Shown: piece after piece, positions 10,138 to 20,740 of the stretch
Layout of the letters: each line of letters opens with the position of its first letter
Numbering within the stretch: the first letter of the stretch is position 1
Notes under the pieces: model-generated
Told to the model about the DNA's origin: nothing
Databases searched by the model: none
The model's input: the letters and a program-made list of their open reading frames with translations, nothing else
Position numbers and translations under genes: made by a program
Origin: an uncultured delta proteobacterium
GTDB lineage: Bacteria > Desulfobacterota > Binatia > HRBIN30 > BPIQ01
Assembly: GCA_963761335.1 (NCBI GenBank)
Contig: CAVXGR010000016.1
Coordinates: 332,608-396,607 of the forward strand
DNA: 64,000 bases
Direction of reading: 5' to 3'

Positions 10138-11058
10138 ATGGCCGATGCAGACTTCACCGTCCACCAGGCGCGTGTGCGCGACCGGCTCTCGCTCGCCTAC
10201 GTCCGCGAAGGAGCGGGGGGATATCCCCTGCTGCTGATTCACGGCTGGCCGGAAACCAAGCGCATCTGGTGGCGCAATGTGGCGCCGCTGGCGGCGGCGG
10301 GGTTCGAGGTCATCGTTCCCGACCTGCGCGGCTTCGGCGACTCGGATCTGGCGCCCGATGGCCACTACGACCTGGCCACGCATTCGCGCGACCTCCACGC
10401 CCTGGTCCACGACGTGCTCGGCCAAGCGCGCTGTGCCGTCGTCGCCGGCGACCTCGGCGGCGCGGTCGCCCCCGATCTGGCGTTGCGGTTCCCCGGGTTC
10501 GTCGAGCGCCTGTGCCTCTTCAACACGGTCGTGCCCTTTCTCCCCGAGGACTACGCCGCCGCCGGGATCTCCTCCGATCTGCCGCGCCAGTCGCGGCCGG
10601 CCGCCGACTATTTCCTGCGCCAGTCGACGGATGCGGACGGCCTCGCGTCCGAGCTCGATACGGCGGCCCGGCGGGTGGGCTACGTCTCCGAGTTCTACGG
10701 GCACCGTTTCTGGGCCGCGGCCGGCACCTTCGACGCCGCGGCGGTGCGCTTCATGAGTGAGCCGTTTGCCGACGCCCAGCGTTTCCGCGCCAGCATCGCC
10801 AACTACGAGTACGCTGCCGGACGCCGCGCCGCGGCGGAGCCGCCGCGCTTTTTCGAGAAGGTGCCGACGCCGGCGCTGATCCTCTACGGACCTGAAGACC
10901 ACGTGGTGCCGCGCGACTTCCCGCAGCGCGCCGCCGTCGCCTATCCGGAGCACGTGGGGCCGTTCGTGGTGCCGGGCGCGGGCCACTTTCTCCAGTGGGA
11001 AGCGGCGCCGCTGCTCAATCAGGCACTGATCTATTTCCTCGCGGACCGGCGCAGGTGA
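10138..11058 (+). CDS. Alpha/beta hydrolase (epoxide hydrolase-like)
   Basis: LLLIHGWPE, PDLRGFGDS, GDLGG nucleophile elbow, C-terminal GHF. Confidence 0.9.
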   Translation: MADADFTVHQARVRDRLSLAYVREGAGGYPLLLIHGWPETKRIWWRNVAPLAAAGFEVIVPDLRGFGDSDLAPDGHYDLATHSRDLHALVHDVLGQARCAVVAGDLGGAVAPDLALRFPGFVERLCLFNTVVPFLPEDYAAAGISSDLPRQSRPAADYFLRQSTDADGLASELDTAARRVGYVSEFYGHRFWAAAGTFDAAAVRFMSEPFADAQRFRASIANYEYAAGRRAAAEPPRFFEKVPTPALILYGPEDHVVPRDFPQRAAVAYPEHVGPFVVPGAGHFLQWEAAPLLNQALIYFLADRRR

Positions 11059-11103
11059 GTGCGCCGCCCGGGTCGCTCACGCGGCGCTCGTCTCCTGCGG
11101 CCT

Positions 11104-12126
<1,023 letters not shown>

Positions 12127-12145
12127 TCATCATCCCCTTCAGTTC

Positions 12146-12221
12146 CAATGCCGGTTAGATAAGCTCGGGAGCCCCTTCGGGGCGAGCTCCTCCTCCCATT
12201 ACTCTTAACTAACCGGCATTG
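12146..12221. mobile_element. Possible IS4-like MITE or long hairpin with 18-bp terminal inverted repeats
   Basis: CAATGCCGGTTAGATAAG (12146-12163) and CTTAACTAACCGGCATTG (12204-12221), 17/18 complementary; internal C(TTCG)G hairpin. Confidence 0.5.
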
Positions 12222-12224
12222 GGG

Positions 12225-13229
12225 CTAGGTCCGACGGCGGGATGGACCTCTCTCGCCTGGGCCCTTGGATCCCGGCGCGAAGGGAGCAGCAGCAATTCGC
12301 GTCAGCTCAGCCTCGGCTGCTTGCAGGCTGTCGAATACCAGGCCCCGGTTGGACTTGGCGGCAGCGGCCACCTTGGCGGCGTCAGCGCCACCGAGCCACA
12401 GCTCGCACTCCCTGGGGAGCCCCCCTTGAATCGCCGCAAGCTCGTCGATCGCGCGGCTGCGGTTCTCGCTGGCGACGAGGCTCAGGCCGACGACGCACGC
12501 TTCGCTGCGCGCCGCCGCGGTCAGGATGTCGGCGGCCGGCAGGTCGACACCAAGATAGAGAACGTTGATCCCCGCATCCCGTGCCAGCAGGGCGAACAGC
12601 AACAGGCCGATCTCATGCCGCTCTCCGGCCAGCGTTGCCAGCACGATCGGGCGGCCCAGCGCGCTGCGGCCGAGCATCAAGCCGGCGAGCAGGTTGCGCA
12701 GGATCCCGGTCGACAGGTGCTCCTCGGCAATCGAGAGCGTGCCCTCAGCCCAGTGTGCGCCGACTCGGTGAACCAGCGGCAGCGCAATTTCGTGCACGAA
12801 GCCGCGGACGCCCAGGCCGACGACGGCGTCTCCCAGCAGACGGGTCGCTGCCTCATCGTCGAAATGCTCCAATCGCTCCAGGATGCGAGTGATGGAGTCT
12901 GCGGCGGGCGAGGGTGTGCGGGCGCTCTCGGGTACCTGGCTGCCCGGGGGGTGCTGCGCCGCGAGCCTCTCCAGCTCGACCGGGCTCAATGCGGCGACGT
13001 CTCCGATCGCTCGGCCCGCCCGCACCACCCGTGACAGCAAGCGCAGGTGCGCGATGTCTGCCGAGGAGTACAGGCGGGCGCCGCGCGCACCGCGGATCGG
13101 GGCCACCACCGCGTGGCGCTTCTCCCAGGCGCGAATGAGGTCCGGCGTGAGGCCAGTCATTGCTGCCACGGTTCGCAGGGGGAAGGCCTCGTGAGCCGCG
13201 ACTCTGCGTCTTTGTTCGGTGGCCTTCAT
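12225..13229 (-). CDS. MerR-family, B12-binding transcriptional regulator (CarH/LitR-like)
   Basis: MerR HTH (VAAMTGLTPDLIRAWEKRH...RLYS), WAEGTLSIAEEH (W-x9-EH-like) and GERHEIG B12-binding motifs, YLGVDLP. Confidence 0.88.
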   Translation of the reverse strand: MKATEQRRRVAAHEAFPLRTVAAMTGLTPDLIRAWEKRHAVVAPIRGARGARLYSSADIAHLRLLSRVVRAGRAIGDVAALSPVELERLAAQHPPGSQVPESARTPSPAADSITRILERLEHFDDEAATRLLGDAVVGLGVRGFVHEIALPLVHRVGAHWAEGTLSIAEEHLSTGILRNLLAGLMLGRSALGRPIVLATLAGERHEIGLLLFALLARDAGINVLYLGVDLPAADILTAAARSEACVVGLSLVASENRSRAIDELAAIQGGLPRECELWLGGADAAKVAAAAKSNRGLVFDSLQAAEAELTRIAAAPFAPGSKGPGERGPSRRRT

Positions 13230-13255
13230 GTCAGCTCTTTTCACTCCGCTCCCTT

Positions 13256-14278
13256 TCAGGTATGCGCGGCGACCCACGCATCGACTCGCTCCCACTGCGT
13301 ATCGAGCCACTCGCTGCGGCCCTCCGCAGTTCTTGGAATCTCCGCGCTTGGCACCCGCCAGAAGCACAAGCGAACGGTGCGGCCGATCAGCTTCCCTCTC
13401 CAGATGTCGTTCAGATCTGCGGTGCCTTCGAAGCCGACGTGCGCCAGGAATGCGACATCGATGTCCGGGCGGGTCTCGAGCAGCGCCAGTGCGCCACCGC
13501 GCCGGGGCGGCAGGACATGATGGAGGCGTTGCGCGCGCCGGAGCTGCTCCGGCTGCCGGGTGGCGGCGAGGCGCGCCAGGGCGCGCTCGCGCTTCGCCGG
13601 GGTGAAGCGCGTGCCTTCGGGAAACAACAAGACGCCGTCGCGCTCTCCGACGGAGATGGCGAGCTGGCGGAGCAACGCCAGCTCTTTCTCGCGCTCGCCC
13701 GATCCGCGGCGCACGAAAGTGTTGCGGGTTCGTTGCCCGACGATGTCGAGACACGGGTCCCAGAGCAGCTCGCGCTTCATCACGTGTCCCAAGCGCAGCG
13801 TGTACGGGTGCGATGCGAACACGGCGGGCAACAACGTGTCGAGGGTGCTCGCATGGCGGCCGAACAGAAAAAGCGGCCCGCGGCGCACCTCCTGCTCGCC
13901 GGTCACCTCCACTCGCATGCCGAAAAGGCGGGTGGCGCCGGCGAAGAGTGTCAGCGCCCAGGCGCGTTGCAGGACGAGATTCCAGGTCACCACGCGATCG
14001 ACGGTGGCGCCGGGCCACAGGCCGCTGGCCACCCACAGCCCAGCGCTGGCGACGATGCCGACCGCCTCGCAAACGAAATAGAGCGTGAGCCCCAGCGCAC
14101 AGCGCACGCTGACGAGGTGGCCGGTCCGGCGGAACGCATCGGTGGCCAGCGCCAGGAGTATGGTCAACGGCAGCAGCGCAAGGCTCAGAGCTCCCAGGCC
14201 CAGGTAGATCGGGACAGTCACGGCACGGCGACACCAACGCGCCCGGAAGCTTTCCTCGAGGGCCGGCGGCGAGCTCAT
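13256..14278 (-). CDS. PlsC-family acyltransferase
   Basis: HASTLD (HX4D) and LFPEGTR motifs; N-terminal transmembrane segments. Confidence 0.85.
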   Translation of the reverse strand: MSSPPALEESFRARWCRRAVTVPIYLGLGALSLALLPLTILLALATDAFRRTGHLVSVRCALGLTLYFVCEAVGIVASAGLWVASGLWPGATVDRVVTWNLVLQRAWALTLFAGATRLFGMRVEVTGEQEVRRGPLFLFGRHASTLDTLLPAVFASHPYTLRLGHVMKRELLWDPCLDIVGQRTRNTFVRRGSGEREKELALLRQLAISVGERDGVLLFPEGTRFTPAKRERALARLAATRQPEQLRRAQRLHHVLPPRRGGALALLETRPDIDVAFLAHVGFEGTADLNDIWRGKLIGRTVRLCFWRVPSAEIPRTAEGRSEWLDTQWERVDAWVAAHT

Positions 14279-14283
14279 GCCGG

Positions 14284-14871
14284 TCAACCGTGGCTCGGGA
14301 GCGCGCGGCGCGGCGGGCCGCCACGCGATGCGCTTGCGGGCTCCCAGCGTTGCGGCACCTTGCGAATCTGAGAGGTGTCGTAACCCTCGCGGGCCAACAG
14401 CTCGAGGATGTGCTGGTAGTCCGTTTCCGGGATCGCCGGCTGGCGGGCCATGATCCACACGTAGTCGCGCTTCTCTCGTCCGATCACCGTCTGCGTGTAG
14501 CCGCTGTCCAGATACACGATGCGAAAGTCACCCTTGAACGGCCAGATGAATTGCATGCCCCAGACGGCATTGCTCTGCCTGTCGAGCACGAAGCCGCGCG
14601 GCTGATAGCGCTTCAGCTCTCCGTCGAAGTCGCCCCGACGGAATGTGAAGGTGGTGGTGATCGTGCCGTCGTCGCTGAGTCGGTACGATTCGACCGCGTT
14701 GTACGCATCCCTTTCGACGAAGGTGGGGATGTTGGCAATCACATACCAGTCGCCCATGAATCGCGTCAGGTCGACATGGGGCATCGTGTGGATGGGCGGG
14801 CGTCGCGCCGCCGCGCAGCCGGCGAGGAGGAGGCCGCTCAGCAATACCCAGATGTGGAAGTTCTGCTTCAT
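14284..14871 (-). CDS. Bacterial lipocalin lipoprotein (Blc-like)
   Basis: Lipobox LAGC; VDLTRFMGDWYVIA; YVWIMARQP. Confidence 0.9.
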   Translation of the reverse strand: MKQNFHIWVLLSGLLLAGCAAARRPPIHTMPHVDLTRFMGDWYVIANIPTFVERDAYNAVESYRLSDDGTITTTFTFRRGDFDGELKRYQPRGFVLDRQSNAVWGMQFIWPFKGDFRIVYLDSGYTQTVIGREKRDYVWIMARQPAIPETDYQHILELLAREGYDTSQIRKVPQRWEPASASRGGPPRRALPSHG

Positions 14872-14893
14872 TTCCTCGGTCCTTCAATGGGAC

Positions 14894-15697
14894 TCACCTT
14901 CCGTGGGCCCCGTACCCGTCGGCGGGACGCTTCGCGGGACCGGGGAAGAACGCGTTGGTGCGCAACATGTACTGGCGATACGCCGGCCGCCGTTCTCCGA
15001 TATCCTTCTCGAGCAACGCAACCCCCGAGACTCTCAGCAGCAGCAACGACATCAGGAGCGGTCCCGGCAAAGACCACCAGGCGCCGGCCGCCAAGGCAAT
15101 GAGATATAAGCCCCACCACGTACAGCAGTCTCCGAAGTAGTTGGGGTGGCGGGTGTAGTGCCAGAGACCTCGGTCCATTACCTGATCGCGGTTGGCGGGG
15201 AGGCTCTTGAAACGGGCGAGCTGCCAGTCGGCGACCGACTCGAAGCCGAAGCCGACGGCCCAGAGTACTATTCCCGCACCGTCGAGCATCGTGATCTCCC
15301 CCGGTGCCGCAATCGCCGCGAGCAATGGGAGAGAAATGATCCACGCGAGCGCGCCTTGCAAGCCGAAGCTCAGGTACAGGCTCTTCAGGGCAAAGTGGGG
15401 CTCGTTGTGGCGGCGAATCTTCCGGTACCGGCGGTCCTCCGCTTCGCCCCAGTTGCGCCAGGTGAGATGGCCGGCGAGGCGGAAGCCCCAGATGCCGACG
15501 AGCGCCAGAACCAACGTCGTCCGCGGACCCGGATGCGGCACCGTCGCAGCGTAGGTTGCGGCGGCGGCGATGAAGAGCAGCGGCCACACGCTGTCGACAA
15601 TGCTGACGTCGCGTTTGTACAAGCTGACGCACCAGGTGGCCAATGCCACGGCCAGAATGACCGCGAAGCCGGCCAGAAAGCTGTCGGGGTGAAACAT
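14894..15697 (-). CDS. DUF1295 membrane protein (steroid 5-alpha-reductase-like)
   Basis: SIVDSVW, EDRRY, ADWQLARFK, GLWHYTRHPNYFGD, SGVALLE. Confidence 0.88.
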   Translation of the reverse strand: MFHPDSFLAGFAVILAVALATWCVSLYKRDVSIVDSVWPLLFIAAAATYAATVPHPGPRTTLVLALVGIWGFRLAGHLTWRNWGEAEDRRYRKIRRHNEPHFALKSLYLSFGLQGALAWIISLPLLAAIAAPGEITMLDGAGIVLWAVGFGFESVADWQLARFKSLPANRDQVMDRGLWHYTRHPNYFGDCCTWWGLYLIALAAGAWWSLPGPLLMSLLLLRVSGVALLEKDIGERRPAYRQYMLRTNAFFPGPAKRPADGYGAHGR

Positions 15698-15742
15698 GCG
15701 ATCTTCTCCTCAGCCGCTTTCATATCTCCGATGGCGATCGCT

Positions 15743-15795
15743 TGTCAAGTTCTGTCAGGACGCAACTTGACATGGGCGCGCCGGCCCGCTACAAG
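15743..15795. promoter_or_regulatory. Divergent promoter region with a 9-bp inverted repeat (candidate operator)
   Basis: TGTCAAGTT (15743-15751), 12 bp, AACTTGACA (15764-15772); + strand TTGACA-17bp-TACAAG. Confidence 0.55.
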
Positions 15796-15837
15796 TCGAT
15801 GCCGCAACGGTTCCAATAAGGACGGGAGAAGGAACAT

Positions 15838-16413
15838 ATGGGTCGATTGCTGAACTTCGCGATGTTCTACCTCGGTTGGCTTGCCTGCGTGGTCGGTGCT
15901 GCTCAGGGGCAGCTGTGGCTCGGGCCCGCGATGGTGGCGGTGCTTGTCCTCGTTCACGTTTCGGTGAGCACCAATCGGTCGCAGGAGGCGGCACTCATCC
16001 TGATGGTCGGCCTGTTCGGCTTCGCTGTCGACACGATGCAGGCGTCCGCGGGTCTCTTTGCGTTCACACGCACCAGCGCCGCGCCGTGGTTGTGTCCGCC
16101 CTGGATGGTGGCGCTCTGGATGCTCTTCGCAACCACGCTGAACAGCTCGATGGCGTGGCTCGCGGGCCGCTATCGCATCGCGGCTGCGCTCGGCGCACTC
16201 TGTGGACCGCTCAGCTACCTCGCGGGCGCGCGGCTCGGCGCCATCGAGCTGTCCGCGAACGCGCTCGTCAGTCTCATCGGCATCGGCGTCGTGTGGGCTC
16301 TGGCGTTGCCGGCGCTCCTGGTGTTCCGCGACGCCCTGAGCAAGCGCACTACGGCCGTGCTCTTCCGCCGCTCAGCCTCCGGCGACGGAAAGCGTGAGGA
16401 GCTGCTTGCATGA
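15838..16413 (+). CDS. DUF2878-like membrane protein
   Basis: LLNFAMFYLGWLACV, PPWMVALWMLFATTLN, GPLSYLAGARLGA. Confidence 0.8.
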   Translation: MGRLLNFAMFYLGWLACVVGAAQGQLWLGPAMVAVLVLVHVSVSTNRSQEAALILMVGLFGFAVDTMQASAGLFAFTRTSAAPWLCPPWMVALWMLFATTLNSSMAWLAGRYRIAAALGALCGPLSYLAGARLGAIELSANALVSLIGIGVVWALALPALLVFRDALSKRTTAVLFRRSASGDGKREELLA

Positions 16414-17060
16414 AGCGGCGGCGCATTCCGCGGCTTCGCGTCGCAGGGCAGATCCTGAGCGCGCTCTTGATTGCCGCCGCGACAGCACAGCAGGGCGTCG
16501 CGGCGGAGATCGAGGGCGTGCACTTCGCGGATCGGGCTCGCTCCGGCGATGTGACGATGCGGCTGAGCTGCGTTGGGCTCCTCCGTTACAAGCTGTTCAT
16601 CAAGGCCTACGTCGCCGCCTTGTACCTGGGGGACGGAGTGGCAGCTGGCGATGTTCTCGCCGACGTTCACAAGCGTCTCGAGCTGAGCTACTTCTGGAGC
16701 ATCAGCGGCTCGGATTTCGGGAAAGCGGGCGATGAAATTCTCGCACAGAATGTCGACGCCGAGACAATGGCGGCACTGCGTCCGCGTCTGGATCGGATCA
16801 ACGCCCTGTACCGAGACGTCAAGCCGGGCGATCGTTACTCGCTCACCTACGTTCCCGGAATCGGAACCGAGCTGGCGTTGAACGATCGTCGGATCGGCGT
16901 GATCGATGGTGCCGACTTTGCTGCGGCCTACTTCCGTATCTGGCTCGGCCAACATCCCATCGACACCCGGCTGCGCGATCAACTCCTCGGCTGTGCTCGG
17001 CGCGGCGGTGAGGAGGTGCACGCCGGCCGCGCATCGGACACGGAACGCGGAGTGCCCTGA
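16410..17060 (+). CDS. Chalcone isomerase-like secreted protein
   Basis: Signal peptide; FIKAYVAALYL, DVKPGDRYSL, FRIWLGQHP...LRDQLLG. Confidence 0.82.
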   Translation: MKRRRIPRLRVAGQILSALLIAAATAQQGVAAEIEGVHFADRARSGDVTMRLSCVGLLRYKLFIKAYVAALYLGDGVAAGDVLADVHKRLELSYFWSISGSDFGKAGDEILAQNVDAETMAALRPRLDRINALYRDVKPGDRYSLTYVPGIGTELALNDRRIGVIDGADFAAAYFRIWLGQHPIDTRLRDQLLGCARRGGEEVHAGRASDTERGVP

Positions 17061-17061
17061 T

Positions 17062-17102
17062 CGCCAGCCCGCCCCGGCCCTTTTTACCGGGGCGGGCTGG
17101 CG
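17062..17102. terminator. Hairpin between convergent genes (probable bidirectional terminator)
   Basis: 16-bp perfect stem CGCCAGCCCGCCCCGG / CCGGGGCGGGCTGGCG just after the 17060 stop. Confidence 0.6.
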
Positions 17103-17151
17103 CGGGGCTGAAGCGGCGCTGTCGCCGCTCGTCGAGGCGGGGCAGGGCGCC

Positions 17152-17994
17152 TCAGAGCCGCAGGTCGAAGAACTGCGAGAACAGCTGCCGCAGGCGCGCT
17201 TCGTACGAGTGATGGCGGTCGTAGTGCGCCTTGAGATCGACCTCGTCGTACGGCGGCTGGAGCAGCTGCGGCACGTCTTCGAGTCGCTCGAACAGACGGA
17301 CGTACGTGCCGAAGAGCCGCTCGAGCAGCGGACGCTGGAGCGCGCTGCACACGGGCATGACGCCAGCGCGCCCGAGCTCGAACGAGCGGAAGTTCGGCAG
17401 CCCATCGGCGTACACGGGGAGGTTCAGGCCGAAGGCGAAGTCGCGGATGCGGGCGTCGTACTCCGCCTCATCCAGCGCCTCGGCGCGAAACAGCTCGGGA
17501 ACGATCTGCCTGAGCCGAGCGATCTGGCGCTCGCGGCGGGCTTCGCCGAATCCGTACGGGCGACAGATGATGCCGCAACGCGTGCGCCGTTGCGCCAGCG
17601 GTACCAGGTCGTATGGGCCGGCAAACAGGGGCAGGAAGTGATCGCCGGGTTGCATGGCGGCGTCCGGGATCGCCGTCAGATGCACGTCGGAGACGTTGAC
17701 GCGCGCGGTATGACGATAGCTGTCGGTGCTCCAAGTAATGTACTTGGGCCCGGGGACGAGGCCGAAGCGCTCCAGGCGCCGTTCGATGCAGCCCTCGCAG
17801 ATGACGATGACGAAATGGGGCCGCAACTCCTCGATGTACGCGCGCAGTGCGCTGTTGGCGATACCGCGGTGCGGCGGCAGCTGGGCGACGCTCGGGGGTC
17901 CGACGGCAGGAGGTACGGTGTGGAACTCCCAGCCGGGAATCGGACGGATCGCCAGACGGCGTGCATCGCCGAGGCTGAGAACCCTACGGATCAT
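17152..17994 (-). CDS. Putative glycosyltransferase (CgeB/YkvP-like C-terminus)
   Basis: FGLNLP...PNFRSFELG and HHSYEARLRQ motifs; overlaps the upstream GT4 stop. Confidence 0.55.
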   Translation of the reverse strand: MIRRVLSLGDARRLAIRPIPGWEFHTVPPAVGPPSVAQLPPHRGIANSALRAYIEELRPHFVIVICEGCIERRLERFGLVPGPKYITWSTDSYRHTARVNVSDVHLTAIPDAAMQPGDHFLPLFAGPYDLVPLAQRRTRCGIICRPYGFGEARRERQIARLRQIVPELFRAEALDEAEYDARIRDFAFGLNLPVYADGLPNFRSFELGRAGVMPVCSALQRPLLERLFGTYVRLFERLEDVPQLLQPPYDEVDLKAHYDRHHSYEARLRQLFSQFFDLRL

Positions 17995-19097
17995 GCCGGT
18001 GTTTGTGCCCCGAGCCGGCGGTAGAGCGCCTCATAGGTGTCCAGGTGGCGATCCCACGAGAAGCGCTCCGCAACTCGTGCCTGCGCCTGCCTGCCCATGC
18101 GCAGGCGCCGATCGGGATCAGCCAGCAACTCCGAGATCGCACGCGCCAGCGCCGCGGCGTCCCCCGGCGCCACCAGCAAGCCCGTCTCGCCATCGGCGAC
18201 CACCTCCGCCAACCCCTCGACGTCGCTGGCGACGATGGGGCGTCCCTGCTGCGCGGCCTCGAGAGCCACGAGCCCGAACGTCTCCTCGTGCGACGGCATG
18301 AGGACCAATGTGCTCTGCGCGATCAGTGCTCCGCTGTCGGCGGGCGATACGCGGCCGAGGAAACGCACGCGCTGCCCGACCCCGAGGTCGGCGGCGACCG
18401 CTTCCAGACGACCTCGCTCCGGACCGTCGCCGGCGACGACCATGCGTGCCCTGGGGTATTGGCCCGCCACCACCGCGAACGCCCGCAGGGCGAGATCGAA
18501 TCCCTTGGACGACACCAGACGGCCGAGGCAGAGCAGCTGCGGCTCCGCGGCAGCCAGATCCGATGCCGGCGCCGGCGGAACCGCGTGATACACCACCGAG
18601 CTGCGCGGGCCGAGCTCGGGGACCTGCGCCAGCAGCGAGCGGCGCATCCAGGCGGCGCACGCCGCCACCCAGGTCGCTCGGCGCAGCGTGCGCCCGCGCA
18701 GAGAGTCGGGCGAAAGGTCTCCCCGAAGATGCTGACCGAGCGTGAGCAGCGTCGGCAGCGAGTGGCGGTCCTGCAGCTGGTGGTAGAAGATGCCGCACGG
18801 CCCCATCCAGGTCATGTGCACCAGGTCCGGCGCGAAGCCGTGCACCCGGTCGAGCAATTCATCGCGGATCTGGCGCAGGGCACCGAAGTCGCGGCTCTCC
18901 AGGGCCGGCCGAAACGCAAAGCGGTGCACCGGGACGCCGTCGACCTCCTCCTCCGCGGGAAGCGCATCGCCGAGGTGGCCGGTGATGACCATGAACTCGA
19001 AGCCGCGCCGGCGCAGACCCCGCAGCAGGTTCATGGTGAACAGCTCGCCGCCGCCGACGGACGGCCAGTAGAACTCGGTCCAGGCCAGAACTCTCAT
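17991..19097 (-). CDS. Glycosyltransferase family 4
   Basis: YWPSVGGGE, LGRLVSSKGFD, ETFGLVALEA, DGETGLLV. Confidence 0.92.
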   Translation of the reverse strand: MRVLAWTEFYWPSVGGGELFTMNLLRGLRRRGFEFMVITGHLGDALPAEEEVDGVPVHRFAFRPALESRDFGALRQIRDELLDRVHGFAPDLVHMTWMGPCGIFYHQLQDRHSLPTLLTLGQHLRGDLSPDSLRGRTLRRATWVAACAAWMRRSLLAQVPELGPRSSVVYHAVPPAPASDLAAAEPQLLCLGRLVSSKGFDLALRAFAVVAGQYPRARMVVAGDGPERGRLEAVAADLGVGQRVRFLGRVSPADSGALIAQSTLVLMPSHEETFGLVALEAAQQGRPIVASDVEGLAEVVADGETGLLVAPGDAAALARAISELLADPDRRLRMGRQAQARVAERFSWDRHLDTYEALYRRLGAQTPA

Positions 19098-20107
19098 CCC
19101 AGGCGCCCGTGGCTCAGGGCACTGAGCACGACGGCGGGAATGGCGTCGAGGTCGGTGCCGGCAATCAGCCGATAACAGGGTACCCGATCCAGCAGCGCTG
19201 AGAGTGTGTCGAAGCCGCGCCGTGTGGCCAGGCCCTGCGGGTCCATCGCCAGCGCCGTGCTCAGCATGGCGCGCAGTGCCGCGCCGCGGCCCATCGGTTC
19301 GAGCCTGGAATGTCTGCCCGGGGTGATGCACGGGAGCACGATCGTCCGCACCGTTGCCGCTGCGGCGTTTGCCTGGCCGAGATAGATGAGCTGCCGGCCG
19401 CGCGGGTCTCCGCTGTGCGTCGAGGCCTCGGTCCCGCCGCAGAGGTCTGGCGCGCCGACGAGCAGAGTGCCGAAGGCGCTGCAGCCTCCGAACTGCCCAT
19501 TCTCCTCCCGCATCAGGACGATGCAATCATCGCCGAGCGCGGCCAGGCCGGCCTTGGCACACGCCAAAACCGTCGTCGACTTGCCCGCACGGCTGCCACC
19601 CGCAATCACGATTCCGTCGCCACCGGCAGTCGCGACCATGCCGGCGTGCAGGATCTGGCAGCCGCGGTCGCCGTACCAGATGAGGAGCAGGCGCGAGAAC
19701 GGGTAGGCGCGATCGTGGTGTTGCAGGCGAGCGTGGTTGGCGACCGCCACGACCAGGTGGCAAGCGGCGCGATCGTATGCACCCACCCACACGTCGCTGC
19801 CGGCGGCCACCAGACGACCGTCCGCGGTGAAGTCGGCACCCTGGAGGCGAACCGGGGCTGGTATGCCGGTTTCGCTCTCATCCCACACCTCGACGCGCAG
19901 AGACGTCGCCATCTCCGTAGCGAACGGCGCGACGAGGTGCGCGAGCGCCGGCTCGATGCACCTCGCCAGGCCCCGTCCGACCACGTCAAAGCGCCCGTGC
20001 CAGCGGGCCAGCTTGTAGGCTCGCCGCCACAGCGCCTCCGGGTGCTGCTGGCGCGCCGTCTCGAATGAGGTGCGCAGGGCGTTGAAGTCGTCGAGGCTGA
20101 GGGTCAT
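19094..20107 (-). CDS. HPr kinase-related P-loop kinase
   Basis: LHAGMV...GGSRAGKSTT...LGDD; overlaps the GT4 start by 4 bp. Confidence 0.8.
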   Translation of the reverse strand: MTLSLDDFNALRTSFETARQQHPEALWRRAYKLARWHGRFDVVGRGLARCIEPALAHLVAPFATEMATSLRVEVWDESETGIPAPVRLQGADFTADGRLVAAGSDVWVGAYDRAACHLVVAVANHARLQHHDRAYPFSRLLLIWYGDRGCQILHAGMVATAGGDGIVIAGGSRAGKSTTVLACAKAGLAALGDDCIVLMREENGQFGGCSAFGTLLVGAPDLCGGTEASTHSGDPRGRQLIYLGQANAAAATVRTIVLPCITPGRHSRLEPMGRGAALRAMLSTALAMDPQGLATRRGFDTLSALLDRVPCYRLIAGTDLDAIPAVVLSALSHGRLG

Positions 20108-20150
20108 GCCGGACCTCTCAGCCCCTGCGGCGAGGCGCGGCGGTGCCGGG

Positions 20151-20618
20151 CTACGTTTTCGTCCACGGCGCGGCGGCGTATTGCGGAAGCGGCGGATCGA
20201 GCGCCAAGAGATCCTCCATGTCGCGGTAGATGACCAAACGCGGCGCCTCGTAGGGGCGCCGTGAGGCGGCGCTTGCGGTGGCGCCAGTGGGCTCCGAGGC
20301 TGAGGACGCGCGCACCATTCCTTCCCGCAAAAGCTGAACGGCAAGCTCGCGCAGGTCGTTCAACGCCTGCGCGGACGCCACCTCGTAGTGCTGCGCGAGC
20401 ACCTCGGCGATTTCGCGTAGACTGTGGCGCTTGCCGATAGCTTCCCAGAGGAGGGCGCCCTGAGACTCGATGCTGGCGTACACACCGGTCGTGAGGTTCA
20501 TGAAGATGACCTCATCGTCGTACGTCTTGGCGGCCGCCTCGGCCTCGTTCGGCTCGAGCCGGGTGTCATCGGTCACCTCGAAGTCGCCGGGTTCTTGCCC
20601 TCGATTCTCCTTCTCCAT
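20151..20618 (-). CDS. PqqD-family (RRE) protein with C-terminal YxxPxL extension
   Basis: DDEVIFMNLTTGVYASI...LLWEAI...EIAEVLAQHYEV...QLLREGMV, Ala/Ser linker, then YEAPRLVIYRDMEDLLALDPP. Confidence 0.82.
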   Translation of the reverse strand: MEKENRGQEPGDFEVTDDTRLEPNEAEAAAKTYDDEVIFMNLTTGVYASIESQGALLWEAIGKRHSLREIAEVLAQHYEVASAQALNDLRELAVQLLREGMVRASSASEPTGATASAASRRPYEAPRLVIYRDMEDLLALDPPLPQYAAAPWTKT

Positions 20619-20740
20619 CCGATTCTCCGCAGTGCCCGCCCGTTGTCAGACGCCCATTCGTAGAGATCGCCACCATACCAGGCCATGGAAAGGCGGCAAC
20701 CGTGGAGATGCCAGTACGGGTCCGCTAGACTTCCGGCTGG

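Noticed and set aside
13230..14324. Apparent 699-aa MerR fusion
   Set aside because: The upstream part overlaps the acyltransferase in another frame
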